From: Histomonas meleagridis 2922-C6/04-290x
Lineage: Eukaryota > Protista > Parabasalia
NCBI GenBank assembly: GCA_020184695.1
Contig: JAANOX010000019.1
Span: 1 to 64,000, forward strand
Length of the DNA: 64,000 nucleotides
Direction of reading: 5' to 3'
The notes under the pieces are model-generated. The model had not been told where the DNA came from. It was given only the letters and a program-made list of their open reading frames with translations, and did no database searches. This document shows positions 22,417 to 33,556 of this stretch, piece by piece (position 1 is the stretch's first letter; every line of letters starts with the position of its first letter). The position numbers were made by a program, and so were the translations under genes.

Positions 22417-23601
22417 CTAAGGAACTTCTAATACGATAAGTTGAGACTTGGGTAGAAGTGCACTGTTACCATACACATCTTCACACATGATTTGGCCATT
22501 TTCTTCCTCCATAATTGCCACAATTGTTCCAACATCAAATACATCTGAACCAGGCTCAGCTACAACAGCTACGCCGTAACCGATTACATTAATGAATGAA
22601 AATGGAACAAATCCGCATTCTGCATATTTTGGCTTCATTACCAACGCCCATTCACATTTTGGTTTTTCCATTAGGAAAAGTCTCATGTCTTTAGAAACAG
22701 ACAACTCATTGTCTTCGCTAGATGTGAAATCGTGTAAAACTGTGCATAAGAAGAACGGGAAATATTCCATTTTGAATCTCGGAATTAACGATGACTCTGG
22801 AGCGATAAAACGATTTGAGAAAACAAACTTGTCAAATCGAACTGGTGAAACGTCAATAAAACATATGTGATGCTTATTAATAAACTCTGTGAAATCGGTC
22901 ATGAAATCAATTTTGACGAGAATGCAAGATTTATCTTTGATCTCATTGATCATATTGATGACAACATCTTTGAGTTGCCTGTAGGTGTTAAATAATTCGC
23001 TATTTGATGAATCATTTAATTCCTTCAGTCGACGGTTACATTCGTCACTGAAAGCGGTTATAGCGGCTAATGCCTGAAAAAGTTTCTGCTTTCTCTGTTC
23101 AAATGTTGATGTTGATTTTGTGTAGCGAGCATAAAGATTTGTAATTTCTTTCTTAGTGCTCGCGTTGTTGGGTTTTGTGGAGGCGGCATTAAGTAAATTT
23201 GCTAGTGAGATTAATTCTTTGTGCGTTTGGGCAAGTTGAGATTTAGCAACAATAACTTCTTTTTCTTTGCTCTTGAAAGTTGAAGACATTGAACAATAAA
23301 ATAACTTGCGATTTGAAATACATTGGTCAAGAATATTTATCACACTTGATTGAATACTTTTGGATAATTTATTGAACGAATTCTGGAAGCACGTAAATGA
23401 CTCTGGAACCTCTTGATATGCTTTTAATAATGTTCCGTTTTGACCTGGGACATCATAATTGATTTTGGAATTATGAAGAATTCCTTTGGACATTTTATAA
23501 TTTCCAAACTGACGCGAAAAATTTATGATGGATTGCCTGATTTTCTCAAGTTCTGTTGTGTTTTGAGCAAACGCATTGAGGAGATTCAAGCATCCCTCCA
23601 T
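22417..23601 (-). CDS. BAR/F-BAR-like coiled coil plus SH3 domain protein
   Basis: Helical N-terminal 250 aa. SH3 motif VLHDFTSSEDNELSV...EWALV...GFVPFSFI. Confidence 0.75.
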   Translation of the reverse strand: MEGCLNLLNAFAQNTTELEKIRQSIINFSRQFGNYKMSKGILHNSKINYDVPGQNGTLLKAYQEVPESFTCFQNSFNKLSKSIQSSVINILDQCISNRKLFYCSMSSTFKSKEKEVIVAKSQLAQTHKELISLANLLNAASTKPNNASTKKEITNLYARYTKSTSTFEQRKQKLFQALAAITAFSDECNRRLKELNDSSNSELFNTYRQLKDVVINMINEIKDKSCILVKIDFMTDFTEFINKHHICFIDVSPVRFDKFVFSNRFIAPESSLIPRFKMEYFPFFLCTVLHDFTSSEDNELSVSKDMRLFLMEKPKCEWALVMKPKYAECGFVPFSFINVIGYGVAVVAEPGSDVFDVGTIVAIMEEENGQIMCEDVYGNSALLPKSQLIVLEVP

Positions 23602-24377
23602 TGTCCCTCCAATTACACTTTTTCGTAAAAATTGAATGAAAACATTTTTTCCACAGAAATTCTGGTTACATGAAAAAAATTATATCACTGTAAAATACCC
23701 ACATTAAATCACAATAATTCCAAGTTTTTTATTGTGTGTACTAAATGCTATTTTTTAAAATAATGATCATTTGATTTATAATTCTTACTGAAAAAAGAAT
23801 AACACAAATGCTCAGAAATTTTACGTCATGTTCTGGAACTAGAACTAATAGGTTGGCTTATTTTGGAATACAAATACTTCACATTCAAAGTTGCACTAAT
23901 AAATAAGATTGAAAAATTAAAACAACTATTGCTCACAACCTTATCACATTTAAATAAATTTTATCCAGAATCTTTTAAACCTTTGACTCAATTTTCGAAT
24001 GATTAAAATACATGACAAAGGCAACAATACTGTAAGATGGTAACATTTGACAAAACAAGGAATTTTGTAATTTTTTGTTTATAATATTAAAAATATTTAA
24101 AGCTGATCATCAATTTAAAAATTAATTTCCTTAAGGAAAAAACAACTTTATTTTATACGAATAAAAAAATGTATATAAAATCATAGGTCAACCAAATTAG
24201 AATTGGATGCTTAACAATCTTCCAAATACAAAGGAAAGCTTCACTTCACTTACGGTTTATTAAATTCAATGTTTTCAATGAGCTTAGTCAATTCGGAGTG
24301 AAGCAAGCGAGGAAGGGATGTAAACTATTCAAAAGCAAAATCAAATTTCACCTTTTGTGTTTTAGTCTTGTTATAGA

Positions 24378-25371
24378 ATGAAATCTCAAGCTAACGAAGA
24401 GCAACAGATGGGAGGTCCAATATCGGTCCGATCTCTTGAAAGTGTGGGAATTGCAGCTGCCGATATTAAGAAACTTCAAGAAAATGGATTTAACACAGTT
24501 GAATCAATTGCATTTTCTACTCGCAAACAAATAGTTGACATCAAAGGAATCACCGAAGTTAAAGCCGATAAAATCATTGCTGCAGCGGCTCAATTAGGTA
24601 CCAATGGGATTCTCATCAGCAATTGAATACAATCAACGGAGACAAGACATGATATATATTAAAACAGGTTCCACCGAACTTGACAAGTTACTTGGCGGAG
24701 GAATTGAAACAGGATCGGTTACTGAAGTATTTGGAGAATTTCGAACTGGAAAAACCCAACTTTGTCATACCTTATCAGTTACATGCCAGCTACAAATTGA
24801 AGAAGGTGGTGCGCAAGGAAAATGCTTGTGGATAGATACTGAAGGTACGTTTCGCACTGAAAGAATAATTCCTATTGCCGAGAGGTTTGGTTTAGATCCT
24901 AATGATGTCATGGAAAACATTGCATATGCTAGAGCATATAATACAGATCATCAAATGCAACTTTTAGTAACGGCTTCAGCTATGATGGCTGAATCACACT
25001 ATGCATTGCTTATAGTTGACTCGTCTACGAACTTATATCGAACTGATTATAGCGGAAGAGGAGAACTCAGCGCACGTCAAATGCACTTGGGCCAGTTTTT
25101 GAGAGGTTTACAGCGGCTTGCCGATGAGTACGGAATCGCAGTCCTTATCACGAATCAAGTTGTGGCACAAGTCGATGGCAGTTGCATGTTCGCAGCTGAT
25201 CCCAAAAAACCAATTGGAGGGAACATTATGGCACACGCAAGTCAAACAAGACTGTATTTAAGGAAGGGAAGAGGAGAAACACGTATTTGTAAGATATATG
25301 ACTCGCCATCATTGCCTGAATCAGAAGCTATGTTCGCAATATCGAATGGAGGAATTATTGATGCAGAGTAA
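24378..25371 (+). CDS. RAD51: Rad51 recombinase, split by a single extra G at 24597-24598
   Basis: N-terminal HhH domain ([17 protein letters not shown]) and core ([29 protein letters not shown]) lie in two frames. Deleting one G gives [12 protein letters not shown]. Confidence 0.92.
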
Positions 25372-25825
25372 ATTTGATTAACTTTCATTCATTAATAAAT
25401 GGATATACGTTTCCAGAAACAGATAAAAGTTTTCTTTGGTTTTTCACCAAATCATTATGCATTCAAATTTGTAAATTTGAAATTTCAATATTTGCAATTT
25501 TTAGATGAAAGAACTGAGGTAATGCATTGTACATGAAATAAAATAACTAATGACACAAGAAATTAAAGAAATTCATAATGAAAATGAAAATCAAATTCTG
25601 TAATTTCACTACTTACATTTAAATGAAATAACTGAGAAAACGCATCAACCAAGATGAGACCACCAATTAAATAAAAAATCAAAGAAAATCAAATTATGTA
25701 ATTTCACCATTTGCAAAATCATTTTCCATTCCAAACTTGATGTTATTAATGAAACATTAGAAAGATTTTAAATTTATTGATTTAATTATATAATAACAAA
25801 AATTTTGTTTTGGCATCATTTCACT

Positions 25826-27214
25826 TCACAAGTCTTTCACAAAAAGTGAATTTGATCGTCTTCTCTTTATGACGTCCTTTGAGTCATGCTTTCTTGATGT
25901 GCTGACCTTTGTGTGACTTACAGGCGAATCTTCTGTAGCGTTATGTCTTCTATGAGAAGAAGTTGGCTTAGGGATTGGTCTTAATGGTGATCGTTCCTTA
26001 GATACCTGATATCTCTCTTGTGAAGCAGGCGATGGCGTTAAAGGCGATTGATGATTAGCATGCACACGAGTAGAGTCACGTCTTGGCCTTGTGTGTACGC
26101 GATGATGATGATGATGTTCTTCATTAGCATCTGAATTACATCTGGTTACTGGAAGTTCTATCTTGACTTTGCGCGTCGTTGCGGCTTCGTCAAGCGAATC
26201 CATCATCTCTTTGATGCTTTCGGTTACTTTGATGCGCTTCAGAATTAAATAGATGGCAGTCGACTCGTTGTACTCGCCCTCCAAAAGAGACTGCGTTAAC
26301 TTGTTGATGTTGACGCCCATCGATTGGATTTTGGGGATGAGATCTGCTTCGATGCCTGACTGAATCCATTTCTCTTCATTAGATTGAAGACGTGAAAACA
26401 TCTCATACTCATTGGTAGAAAACCAGGGATGGTGCTTGATCTTCTCGATCGTAAGACGTGTTTCGGGATTCTTGGTAAGAATCTTGTGTAAGAGATCAAC
26501 AATTTGTGGTGATAAATAACTGGGATATTGAGGCTCAGTATAAGCTATTTGTTGAAGAAGGCCTTGGATATCATCATCGTCAAATGGAAGCTCGCCAGTA
26601 ACCATTGCATATAATAATATCCCGGCACTCCAGATATCTGCTGCTTTGGTATACTTATGACCAAGAACCATCTCTGGAGATGCATAAGCTGGCGAACCAC
26701 ATGCTGTCTTTAGCTCTGGTGAATCAATGGAAAAATTATTTGATAATCCAAAATCTATTAATCTTAGGTTGTAGTTACGATCTAAAAGAACATTTTCTGC
26801 TTTGAGATCACGATGTGCTACAAGACGAACATCATGAAGATATTCAAGTGCAGAAATTAGTTGAGAAAAATAGCGTCTGACTAATTTTTCTGGAAGCCTT
26901 CCGTGCGTATTTACGTAAGTGAGTATAGAACCATTTTCTGCGTACTCCATTACAATATAAGTATACCTTGGAGTTTCAATGATTTCAAAAAGCTTTGAAA
27001 TAAAAGGGTGATCTGTTTGTTTCATGATATTGATTTCTCTGATAAATCTTGTTCTTGCGTCCTCGTCTTGGATTGTCGAATTGTCAATAACTTTGATTGC
27101 AACATTTTGTTTTGCGAGTAAGTGTTCGGCCCTCCAAACTGTTGCAAAAGAGCCCTTTCCAATTGGCTTCCTGAGGATGTAATTCCCTATAATGCGGGGG
27201 AGGTTGGATTTCAT
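25826..27214 (-). CDS. CAMK-family (SNF1/AMPK-like) Ser/Thr kinase
   Basis: GKGSFATV, VAIK, HRDLKAEN, DFG, TACGSPAYASPE, DIWSAG. Low-complexity His/Arg-rich tail. Confidence 0.93.
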   Translation of the reverse strand: MKSNLPRIIGNYILRKPIGKGSFATVWRAEHLLAKQNVAIKVIDNSTIQDEDARTRFIREINIMKQTDHPFISKLFEIIETPRYTYIVMEYAENGSILTYVNTHGRLPEKLVRRYFSQLISALEYLHDVRLVAHRDLKAENVLLDRNYNLRLIDFGLSNNFSIDSPELKTACGSPAYASPEMVLGHKYTKAADIWSAGILLYAMVTGELPFDDDDIQGLLQQIAYTEPQYPSYLSPQIVDLLHKILTKNPETRLTIEKIKHHPWFSTNEYEMFSRLQSNEEKWIQSGIEADLIPKIQSMGVNINKLTQSLLEGEYNESTAIYLILKRIKVTESIKEMMDSLDEAATTRKVKIELPVTRCNSDANEEHHHHHRVHTRPRRDSTRVHANHQSPLTPSPASQERYQVSKERSPLRPIPKPTSSHRRHNATEDSPVSHTKVSTSRKHDSKDVIKRRRSNSLFVKDL

Positions 27215-28101
27215 TTCCTTTGTCAAACCGTCATATAACCTCCCGGTTCAAAAAGTTGTTAAAGAAAGAATTTATTCTCTGAATTTTGAGTGACCATGAA
27301 CATTATTTAAAATATATTTATCGTATAAAATAATGCAAATTAAAATATAAAAAAGAAATGATATGATTGACTTGCATATAAGATATCTGGTTTATAATAT
27401 AAAAATATATATATGTTTATAAAAATTATTCTCTATAAACTTTTTTTGGTGTCAGAAAAAACCGTTTCGATATCAGCGTTTTTCGGTTCGCATCATAAAA
27501 AGTTTGATAACCGAAAATAATCAACAGAAAACAATAAAAATCAGAATTTCGGACCGGTTATCATGAAAAACATCCTCATTCTAACATGATTTCAAAGAGA
27601 AAATAGAATATAAAAATTCTTTTTTTTAAGTCTTCTTAACGTTAGATCATTTGAACTTAAATAAATTCTCAGTTATGCAAAAAAATTGGTTAGAGATTTG
27701 GAACTTATCCAGAAAGGTTTGGAACGGTGAATGGTGTAAAAGAACTTTTTGAATGGTATACACGGTTATAAAATGGATTTGACCTTCCTTCTCTAATTTG
27801 CAAAATTCCAGCAGATAAAATATATAACCATGCAATTTCATAAGAAGCACAAGAGGCTAAGGTGTTTTGCATGCTAAATTATAAATTTTATAGTTTTAAA
27901 TTTAAATTTGCTAATTAATAAAGTCGAATGAATTCATTCAATTTTTAAATACGCTTTTAATGTTGTTGCAAAATAGTTTGTGAAACATAGGGAAAAGGAG
28001 TTATCTTTCTTTAGTTTTGTTTAAACAAAAAATTGAATCGTTTACATTTTTAATTTCAGAAATTTTCGATCGCTCTCCAAAATACTTAATATAATTCTTG
28101 A

Positions 28102-30270
28102 ATGGGAAGCGGCCAAAGCTGCTTTATCATCGGTGAATGGTTCAAAACATTAGAATCACTTGAAAAAATTATTTTGAACATAGATAATGATAACATTGAT
28201 GAATCTGTTGAAACAACATTGAATCTTCTTAGTGATGATGTATCTCCATCTCCTAGCTGGACTCTTAGTCGAATGGTATATTCAGCATATGTTTCACAAA
28301 TGAAAGATGCAGATATTTATTTTAATTTTATTAAAGAAATCAATGAAAAAAGAGATAAAAATGATTATGATATGATTAATGCATTTGCTCAATTTCTTCT
28401 TAGTTTAGATATGCAAGAATCTTATTTTCTTCTTAGTAGAATGATCGAATCAAATTTAATATCATCAAATTTTGTTAAGAATAAAATGTCTTTTTATTTT
28501 GCAAATCATATGTCCAAAAAAAAGATCAATAAAATTAGATATTGTCATCTTCCGTTTTCTGATTATTTCTATGTTAACTATGAAGAACTTTCAAATAATG
28601 ATTGGGAACTTCATAAGAAATATGTTAAAGAAGGAATAAATCAGAATGAAATTGCGAAAATAATTCGGAATGATGAAATAGAAAAACTTCAAGAAATATC
28701 ATCAGAAACAAACTTCGATTTTAATCAAACAATTGAGCCATCACTTTATGAAAGATATTCATTTATTAATCATAAAAATGTTACATTAATTGATTATGCA
28801 GCATTTTTTTCTTCAGTTAAATGTTTTAAATATTTACTTATGAATAATGCAAAAGTAGAAAACACAGGTAAATATGCAGTTGCAGGTGGAAATGAAGAAA
28901 TTATTCATTTATGTGAACAAAATCATTCATCATTTAAAGATGCATATGTAGCAGCAATTGAATTTCATCAAAATGATATCTTTCATTATCTTTACGATAA
29001 TAATATTGTTAAATATCCTTTAGAAAGACTTGTTAACTTGTTTTTGTTTCCTAAAAATGAATTCACGAATTTTGAGTTATTTAATGTTTTTCTTGAAGGC
29101 AAAAGAATCAATATTAATAATGCTATGAATGATTAAATCTTTTGTTTGTTTTTTCTATTAAAAAAATAATTTTTGTAAGATATTTTTGCAAATTATTTTA
29201 AATATTTGAAACACCTCTTATTTATGCATCTAAATATAACCATATAGAAATAACTAAATTACTTCTTGAACAAGAAGGAATAAATATCAATATCAAAGAT
29301 TTTTATTATTATAAAAATTTGATGTGTCAAAAGAATATTCTTTAGAGATTTATCAATTTATAAAATACTCCATTTCTTTGGGCTTGTATAAATGGTCACA
29401 CTGGAATAGTTAAGTTACTTCTTAAACAAAAAGGAATTGATATTAATACTAAAAGTATTTATATGTTTTATTTAATATTTATTTTAATAATTTTATTATA
29501 TATGAAAATGATATTTGAAAATAATTAATATTATTTATGACACCACTTATGAGGGCATCTGAAAATGGACACACTGAAATAGTTAAATTACTATTGAATC
29601 AAAAAGGAATTGATATTAATGCTAAAGATATTTATTTGTTTTATTTAATATTTATTTTAATAAATTAGAATTTCAAAAAAGTATTTGGAAATTATTTAAA
29701 TTATTTATGACACCACTTATGTTTGCATCATATAAAGGTTATTTAGAAATTACAAAATTACTTCTTGAACAAGAAGGAATTGATGTTAATACAAAAGATT
29801 ATAAATATTATAATATTTTAGTATTTCAAAATAATATTTGGAATTTGTTTAAACTATTTATTACAGCACTTATTTATGCATCTTCAAATGATCATATAAA
29901 TATTGTAAAGTTGCTTCTTGAACAAGAAGGAATTGATATTAATGCTAAAAATAAAATTTATATTAATAATTTTGTATTTCAAAATACTATTTGGAAATTA
30001 TTTAAATTATTTTATACTGCACTTATTTCCGCATCTAGATTTGGTCATATAGAAATAGTTAAATTACTTCTTGAGCAAAAAGGAATTGATATTAATGCTA
30101 AAGATATTTATTTGTTTTTATTTAGAATTTATTATAATAATTTAATTTATAAAAATAATATACGGAAATTATATCAATTATATGATACAGCATTTATACT
30201 TGCATCTTTTTGTGGGCACAAAGAAATAGTCAGATTACTGAATAATAAAGAATTTAATTGTAATGCTTAA
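28102..30270 (+). CDS. DUF3447-type domain plus seven ankyrin repeats, interrupted by 25 U-rich modules (24 of 17 nt, one of 18 nt)
   Basis: ORF 28102-29136 plus repeat cores starting at 29211, 29367, 29540, 29710, 29863, 30016, 30187. Removing the modules gives 2169-426=1743 nt, i.e. 580 aa and the stop at 30268-30270. Confidence 0.8.
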
Positions 30271-30487
30271 ATGTAATTTCAATATTTTAATGTGATAATC
30301 ATTTCTTGTTTACAATAGAATTTCAAAGGAGATTTTTTGTTCAATGACTTTAAAATATTTATTAATTTTTTGAGCAAAATTAAATCAGGTTTTTAATAAA
30401 ATACTTTCATTTTTGAAGTTACAGATAAAAACGATGCATTTTTACATGTTATCTTTATTCCAAATTTATTTCCGATTGTTATTTAAA

Positions 30488-31795
30488 ATGTTCCCTGCTA
30501 AATCCATCGTTAAATGCGATGAAAACGAATCAATTTCTCTTCTTGAAAAAGAAAATTTTCATTGTATTAAAGGAATTCGAATAATTGGGTTATTTCACCA
30601 ATTGGAATGCTTAATATCCTTATCCATTGATGTGTTAAGTGAATTGGCAATGGAAATCGAAAAAATTTCCAAGCGGATTATTGATGTAGAAAGCAAAATG
30701 AGTAATATTACTCAAAATATTTTGTATAATACCAAAAACTTTCTAAGAGAAGAAAAATTTCAAAACACATCACATAAAAATGAGTCAATACCAAATATTC
30801 AACTAACATTAAGTTGTACAAAGATTGTACAAGATCTTATTGAAACAGCAGAACCATCACCTGATTTTTCTTCATTTAATATTTTTTTATCATTAACTTT
30901 AAACGATTATATAATTGATGTTAATAAGTGTTTTTCTGATCCGGATTTTTTTAAGCGTCAATATATTCAAGAATTACTCAAACAATGTAAAGAATATAAA
31001 GAAGAATTGAAAAGGAACAATAAAAGGAAGTCAACATTTATTTATCATCATGATACAAAGAAAAATAATGTTCATTATTTTACGCAATGTCCTCCAGCAA
31101 TTATTCCATGTCTTAAACCTAAAATGTTAATATGTCCTCCTCCAAAAGGTCAAGCATTTCATCAAGATATTCCAATTTCACTTTTATCTCAAAATAATAA
31201 TAAGGAAATAAGAAAGCAATATCAAAGCATGCGTTCTCTTTCAACATTCTCTAATATTCAATCTAAAACTCAATTTAAAAAAATTAAACCTGTATTAATT
31301 AGAGCTACAGCAATTTCAAAATCACAACTTAAAAAGAAATCTTCAAAAACAAATGAAACAGAAATTGATCTACCTTATTGTCAAGAAGAACAATCATATA
31401 ATACAACATCAAATGTTAAAATCAATCAATCCCTTACTCCTCCAGTTGTTGAAAGAATAAGTCAAAATTCCATTATACCTCCGCCACCAATATCAGATCT
31501 CATAATTGAATCAGATTCAAGCTTTAAAGACTCTCAATCTGAAGACATCATAAATAAGGATCAACATAATGCTCAGTCACCAAAACCAATTTCTCATTTA
31601 GATTTGATAAAAATGGGAAAATATAAACTAAAAAAAGTAGATATTAAACCTCCACAAAAACAAAGATTTAATGATATTGATCCAACAAAACTTACTGTAC
31701 AAGAAATACTACGCATGACTGCAAAAATACGTGAAGTTGTTGCATGCTCAGAATCTTCATCAGATGAATCATCTTCGTCGACATCATCGTGGTAA
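30488..31795 (+). CDS. WAVE/SCAR-like actin nucleation-promoting factor
   Basis: SHD-like GLFHQLECL...ELAMEIEKISKRI...FSDPDFF, Pro-rich segments, WH2 HLDLIKMGKYKLKKV, a C helix and an acidic tail ending in W. Confidence 0.7.
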   Translation: MFPAKSIVKCDENESISLLEKENFHCIKGIRIIGLFHQLECLISLSIDVLSELAMEIEKISKRIIDVESKMSNITQNILYNTKNFLREEKFQNTSHKNESIPNIQLTLSCTKIVQDLIETAEPSPDFSSFNIFLSLTLNDYIIDVNKCFSDPDFFKRQYIQELLKQCKEYKEELKRNNKRKSTFIYHHDTKKNNVHYFTQCPPAIIPCLKPKMLICPPPKGQAFHQDIPISLLSQNNNKEIRKQYQSMRSLSTFSNIQSKTQFKKIKPVLIRATAISKSQLKKKSSKTNETEIDLPYCQEEQSYNTTSNVKINQSLTPPVVERISQNSIIPPPPISDLIIESDSSFKDSQSEDIINKDQHNAQSPKPISHLDLIKMGKYKLKKVDIKPPQKQRFNDIDPTKLTVQEILRMTAKIREVVACSESSSDESSSSTSSW

Positions 31796-32028
31796 ATCAT
31801 TAATGATATTAGATACTGATATTCTCAAAAATCCGTGGACAGCCGATAGGAAATTCTATTAACGATAATTGATTTTCAGAACAAGAATACAGTTTGCTGC
31901 TTTAAATTCTCTATCGGACGTAAGAGCACGTTAATGACACGATAAAACCGTGCGACCGGCAGTTTCATAATTTCAAATCACATTTCTTTTATCGTTCTTT
32001 AGTTCAAATGGAAATAAAACTATTTTAC

Positions 32029-32613
32029 TCAATAGATGGTGCATTTCTTTTGGTGTTCGTGAGCTTCCTTGAGCTCTTTGTTACCTGTTTCCATCTTCTG
32101 AGCAGCTTGTGTAGTAGTTGTATCAATTCCGACGAGGACATGTCTTTGTTTCTGAAGCTCTTCTAATGTTTCATGGAATATCTTGTTAACATCTTTCATG
32201 GTTTGAAGGATACTATTGACTTCTTGTTCGAGTATTTCTAAGTATTCGGTATCTTGATCAACCTGTGCTTGAGAAACAAGTTGATTTTGGAACTGTGGAG
32301 CTGGCGCTGATTCCTCGGCTGCAGTACTGCTCCTTAGTTTATTTAGAACAGGAACTAATTTTTGTTGGATATCTTGGTTTAATTCGTCAAATTGCTTTTG
32401 GCATTCATTAACTGCAGGGTCGTTCTTTTGGCTGAGAGCCATTAAGCTTTGTTTGCTTTGAGAAGATAAACGTTTTAAAGTTTGAACTTTGCTTTGGATT
32501 TGATCACGAAGATCTGGTCCATCATCGAAGCCTCCAACCTTGTCGGAAAGGTCGCATATTTCTTGTAGTAATTGTTTCATTGATCTAAAATCATTTTGAA
32601 GGGAAGCAATCAT
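32029..32613 (-). CDS. Syntaxin-7-like Qa-SNARE lacking a TM helix, ending in a CaaX-like CTIY
   Basis: Habc-like VGGFDDGPDLRDQI. SNARE motif LEQEVNSI...VNKIFHETLEELQKQ...ID. C-terminus QKKCTIY. Confidence 0.7.
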   Translation of the reverse strand: MIASLQNDFRSMKQLLQEICDLSDKVGGFDDGPDLRDQIQSKVQTLKRLSSQSKQSLMALSQKNDPAVNECQKQFDELNQDIQQKLVPVLNKLRSSTAAEESAPAPQFQNQLVSQAQVDQDTEYLEILEQEVNSILQTMKDVNKIFHETLEELQKQRHVLVGIDTTTTQAAQKMETGNKELKEAHEHQKKCTIY

Positions 32614-32903
32614 CGTGTAAAGAAATGATGGAAAAGTGACAACTTTGTTCAGCTAACTTTTAAAAAACCGTTTCCAAACCACTTTTTTCAATAAAGAAAA
32701 TAATTCCATTGAATACAATATAAAAATCACCGAAAATACACCAGATCACAACAAAAAACTTTAGATAAAGCGGAAAGATTGATTTAAGATAACTCAACAC
32801 ATTTTATTGTCGAGCTAGTAATCAAATTAAGTTCATGTAAAAAATTGAATTAATTCAAGATTAATTATGAAGAATAGATTTAAGCATGTTCCTTAAAAAA
32901 AAT

Positions 32904-33440
32904 TTACTTAGCAGCAGCTGCTTTCTTTTCCCTCATTCTGCGGCTGCGAGCACGACGAGCTGCAATTTGTTGTTGAAGATTCTTTTCACGTTCGTTTTCA
33001 ACTTTGAGGGTATGGATGTGTTCCATTAAAACACGCTTGTTACGGAATTCGTTACCCTTAGCTTTGAGATATAACTTGCGATATAAATGTGAATCAATTT
33101 CCTTCTTCTGTTTGAAATCTCTGAGGGTGCGGCGAAGAACACGTATACGGCGGATCCATTGCCATTTGGAGTTAAGGCGTGCATTACGTGTACCGCGACG
33201 TTTACCATAACCCCTATGACGACCAAGACGCTTAGCAAGAACACGCTTTGTGTGGCGAGCACTTGAGTGCATTGCAACTGGACGACGAACAATGATACCA
33301 TCTCCAACAAGTTTTCTAATTTGTTGACGAGAGTTAGCCATTGCGATGGTTGAAATTTCTGTTTCATCCATCCAAACACGGCCAACGCCACAATTAAGCA
33401 CAGAAGCTGCTAATCTTTTTTGAAGCTTTAAGCTGGACAT
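32904..33440 (-). CDS. RPL19: 60S ribosomal protein eL19
   Basis: [18 protein letters not shown]...[13 protein letters not shown]...[18 protein letters not shown]. Confidence 0.97.
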   Translation of the reverse strand: MSSLKLQKRLAASVLNCGVGRVWMDETEISTIAMANSRQQIRKLVGDGIIVRRPVAMHSSARHTKRVLAKRLGRHRGYGKRRGTRNARLNSKWQWIRRIRVLRRTLRDFKQKKEIDSHLYRKLYLKAKGNEFRNKRVLMEHIHTLKVENEREKNLQQQIAARRARSRRMREKKAAAAK

Positions 33441-33447
33441 TTTGGTC

Positions 33448-33466
33448 AAAGGCCAACCAAACCGTT
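33448..33466 (-). promoter_or_regulatory. M3-like (AACGGTT) plus M5 (CCTTT) core promoter of RPL19
   Basis: Minus strand AAACGGTTTGGTTGGCCTTTGACCAAAATG. CCTTT also precedes RPL3 (55652-55656) and RPL18 (60298-60302, with GACGGTT at 60282). Confidence 0.6.
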
Positions 33467-33556
33467 TTATTCATTGAAAAGCATGTCAAACAAACCTTCT
33501 GAATCAGTTGAACGTTAATAATTAATCATTTGAAATGTTTACATTTTCCAGAAAAA

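Noticed and set aside
29630-29712. Whole ankyrin spacers as single GT-AG or AT-AC introns
   Set aside because: No consistent donor, branch point or acceptor. The GT..AG and AT..AC choices I tried give the wrong frame or delete the conserved Thr, and they discard the internal Gly codon that completes D-x-x-G-x-T.
29687-29712. Matched take-off and landing codons as in T4 gene 60 bypassing
   Set aside because: Codons 17 nt apart match only occasionally (one ATT/ATT case). Gly codons are followed 17 nt later by TTT or TAA, so classical matched re-pairing is not supported.
29823-29845. ATTTCAAAAT-AAT-ATTTGGAAAT-type hairpin as the skip signal
   Set aside because: Present only around the Gly codon in the DUF3447 family, weak (AU-rich), and absent from the 35.5-36 kb gene, so it is not general.
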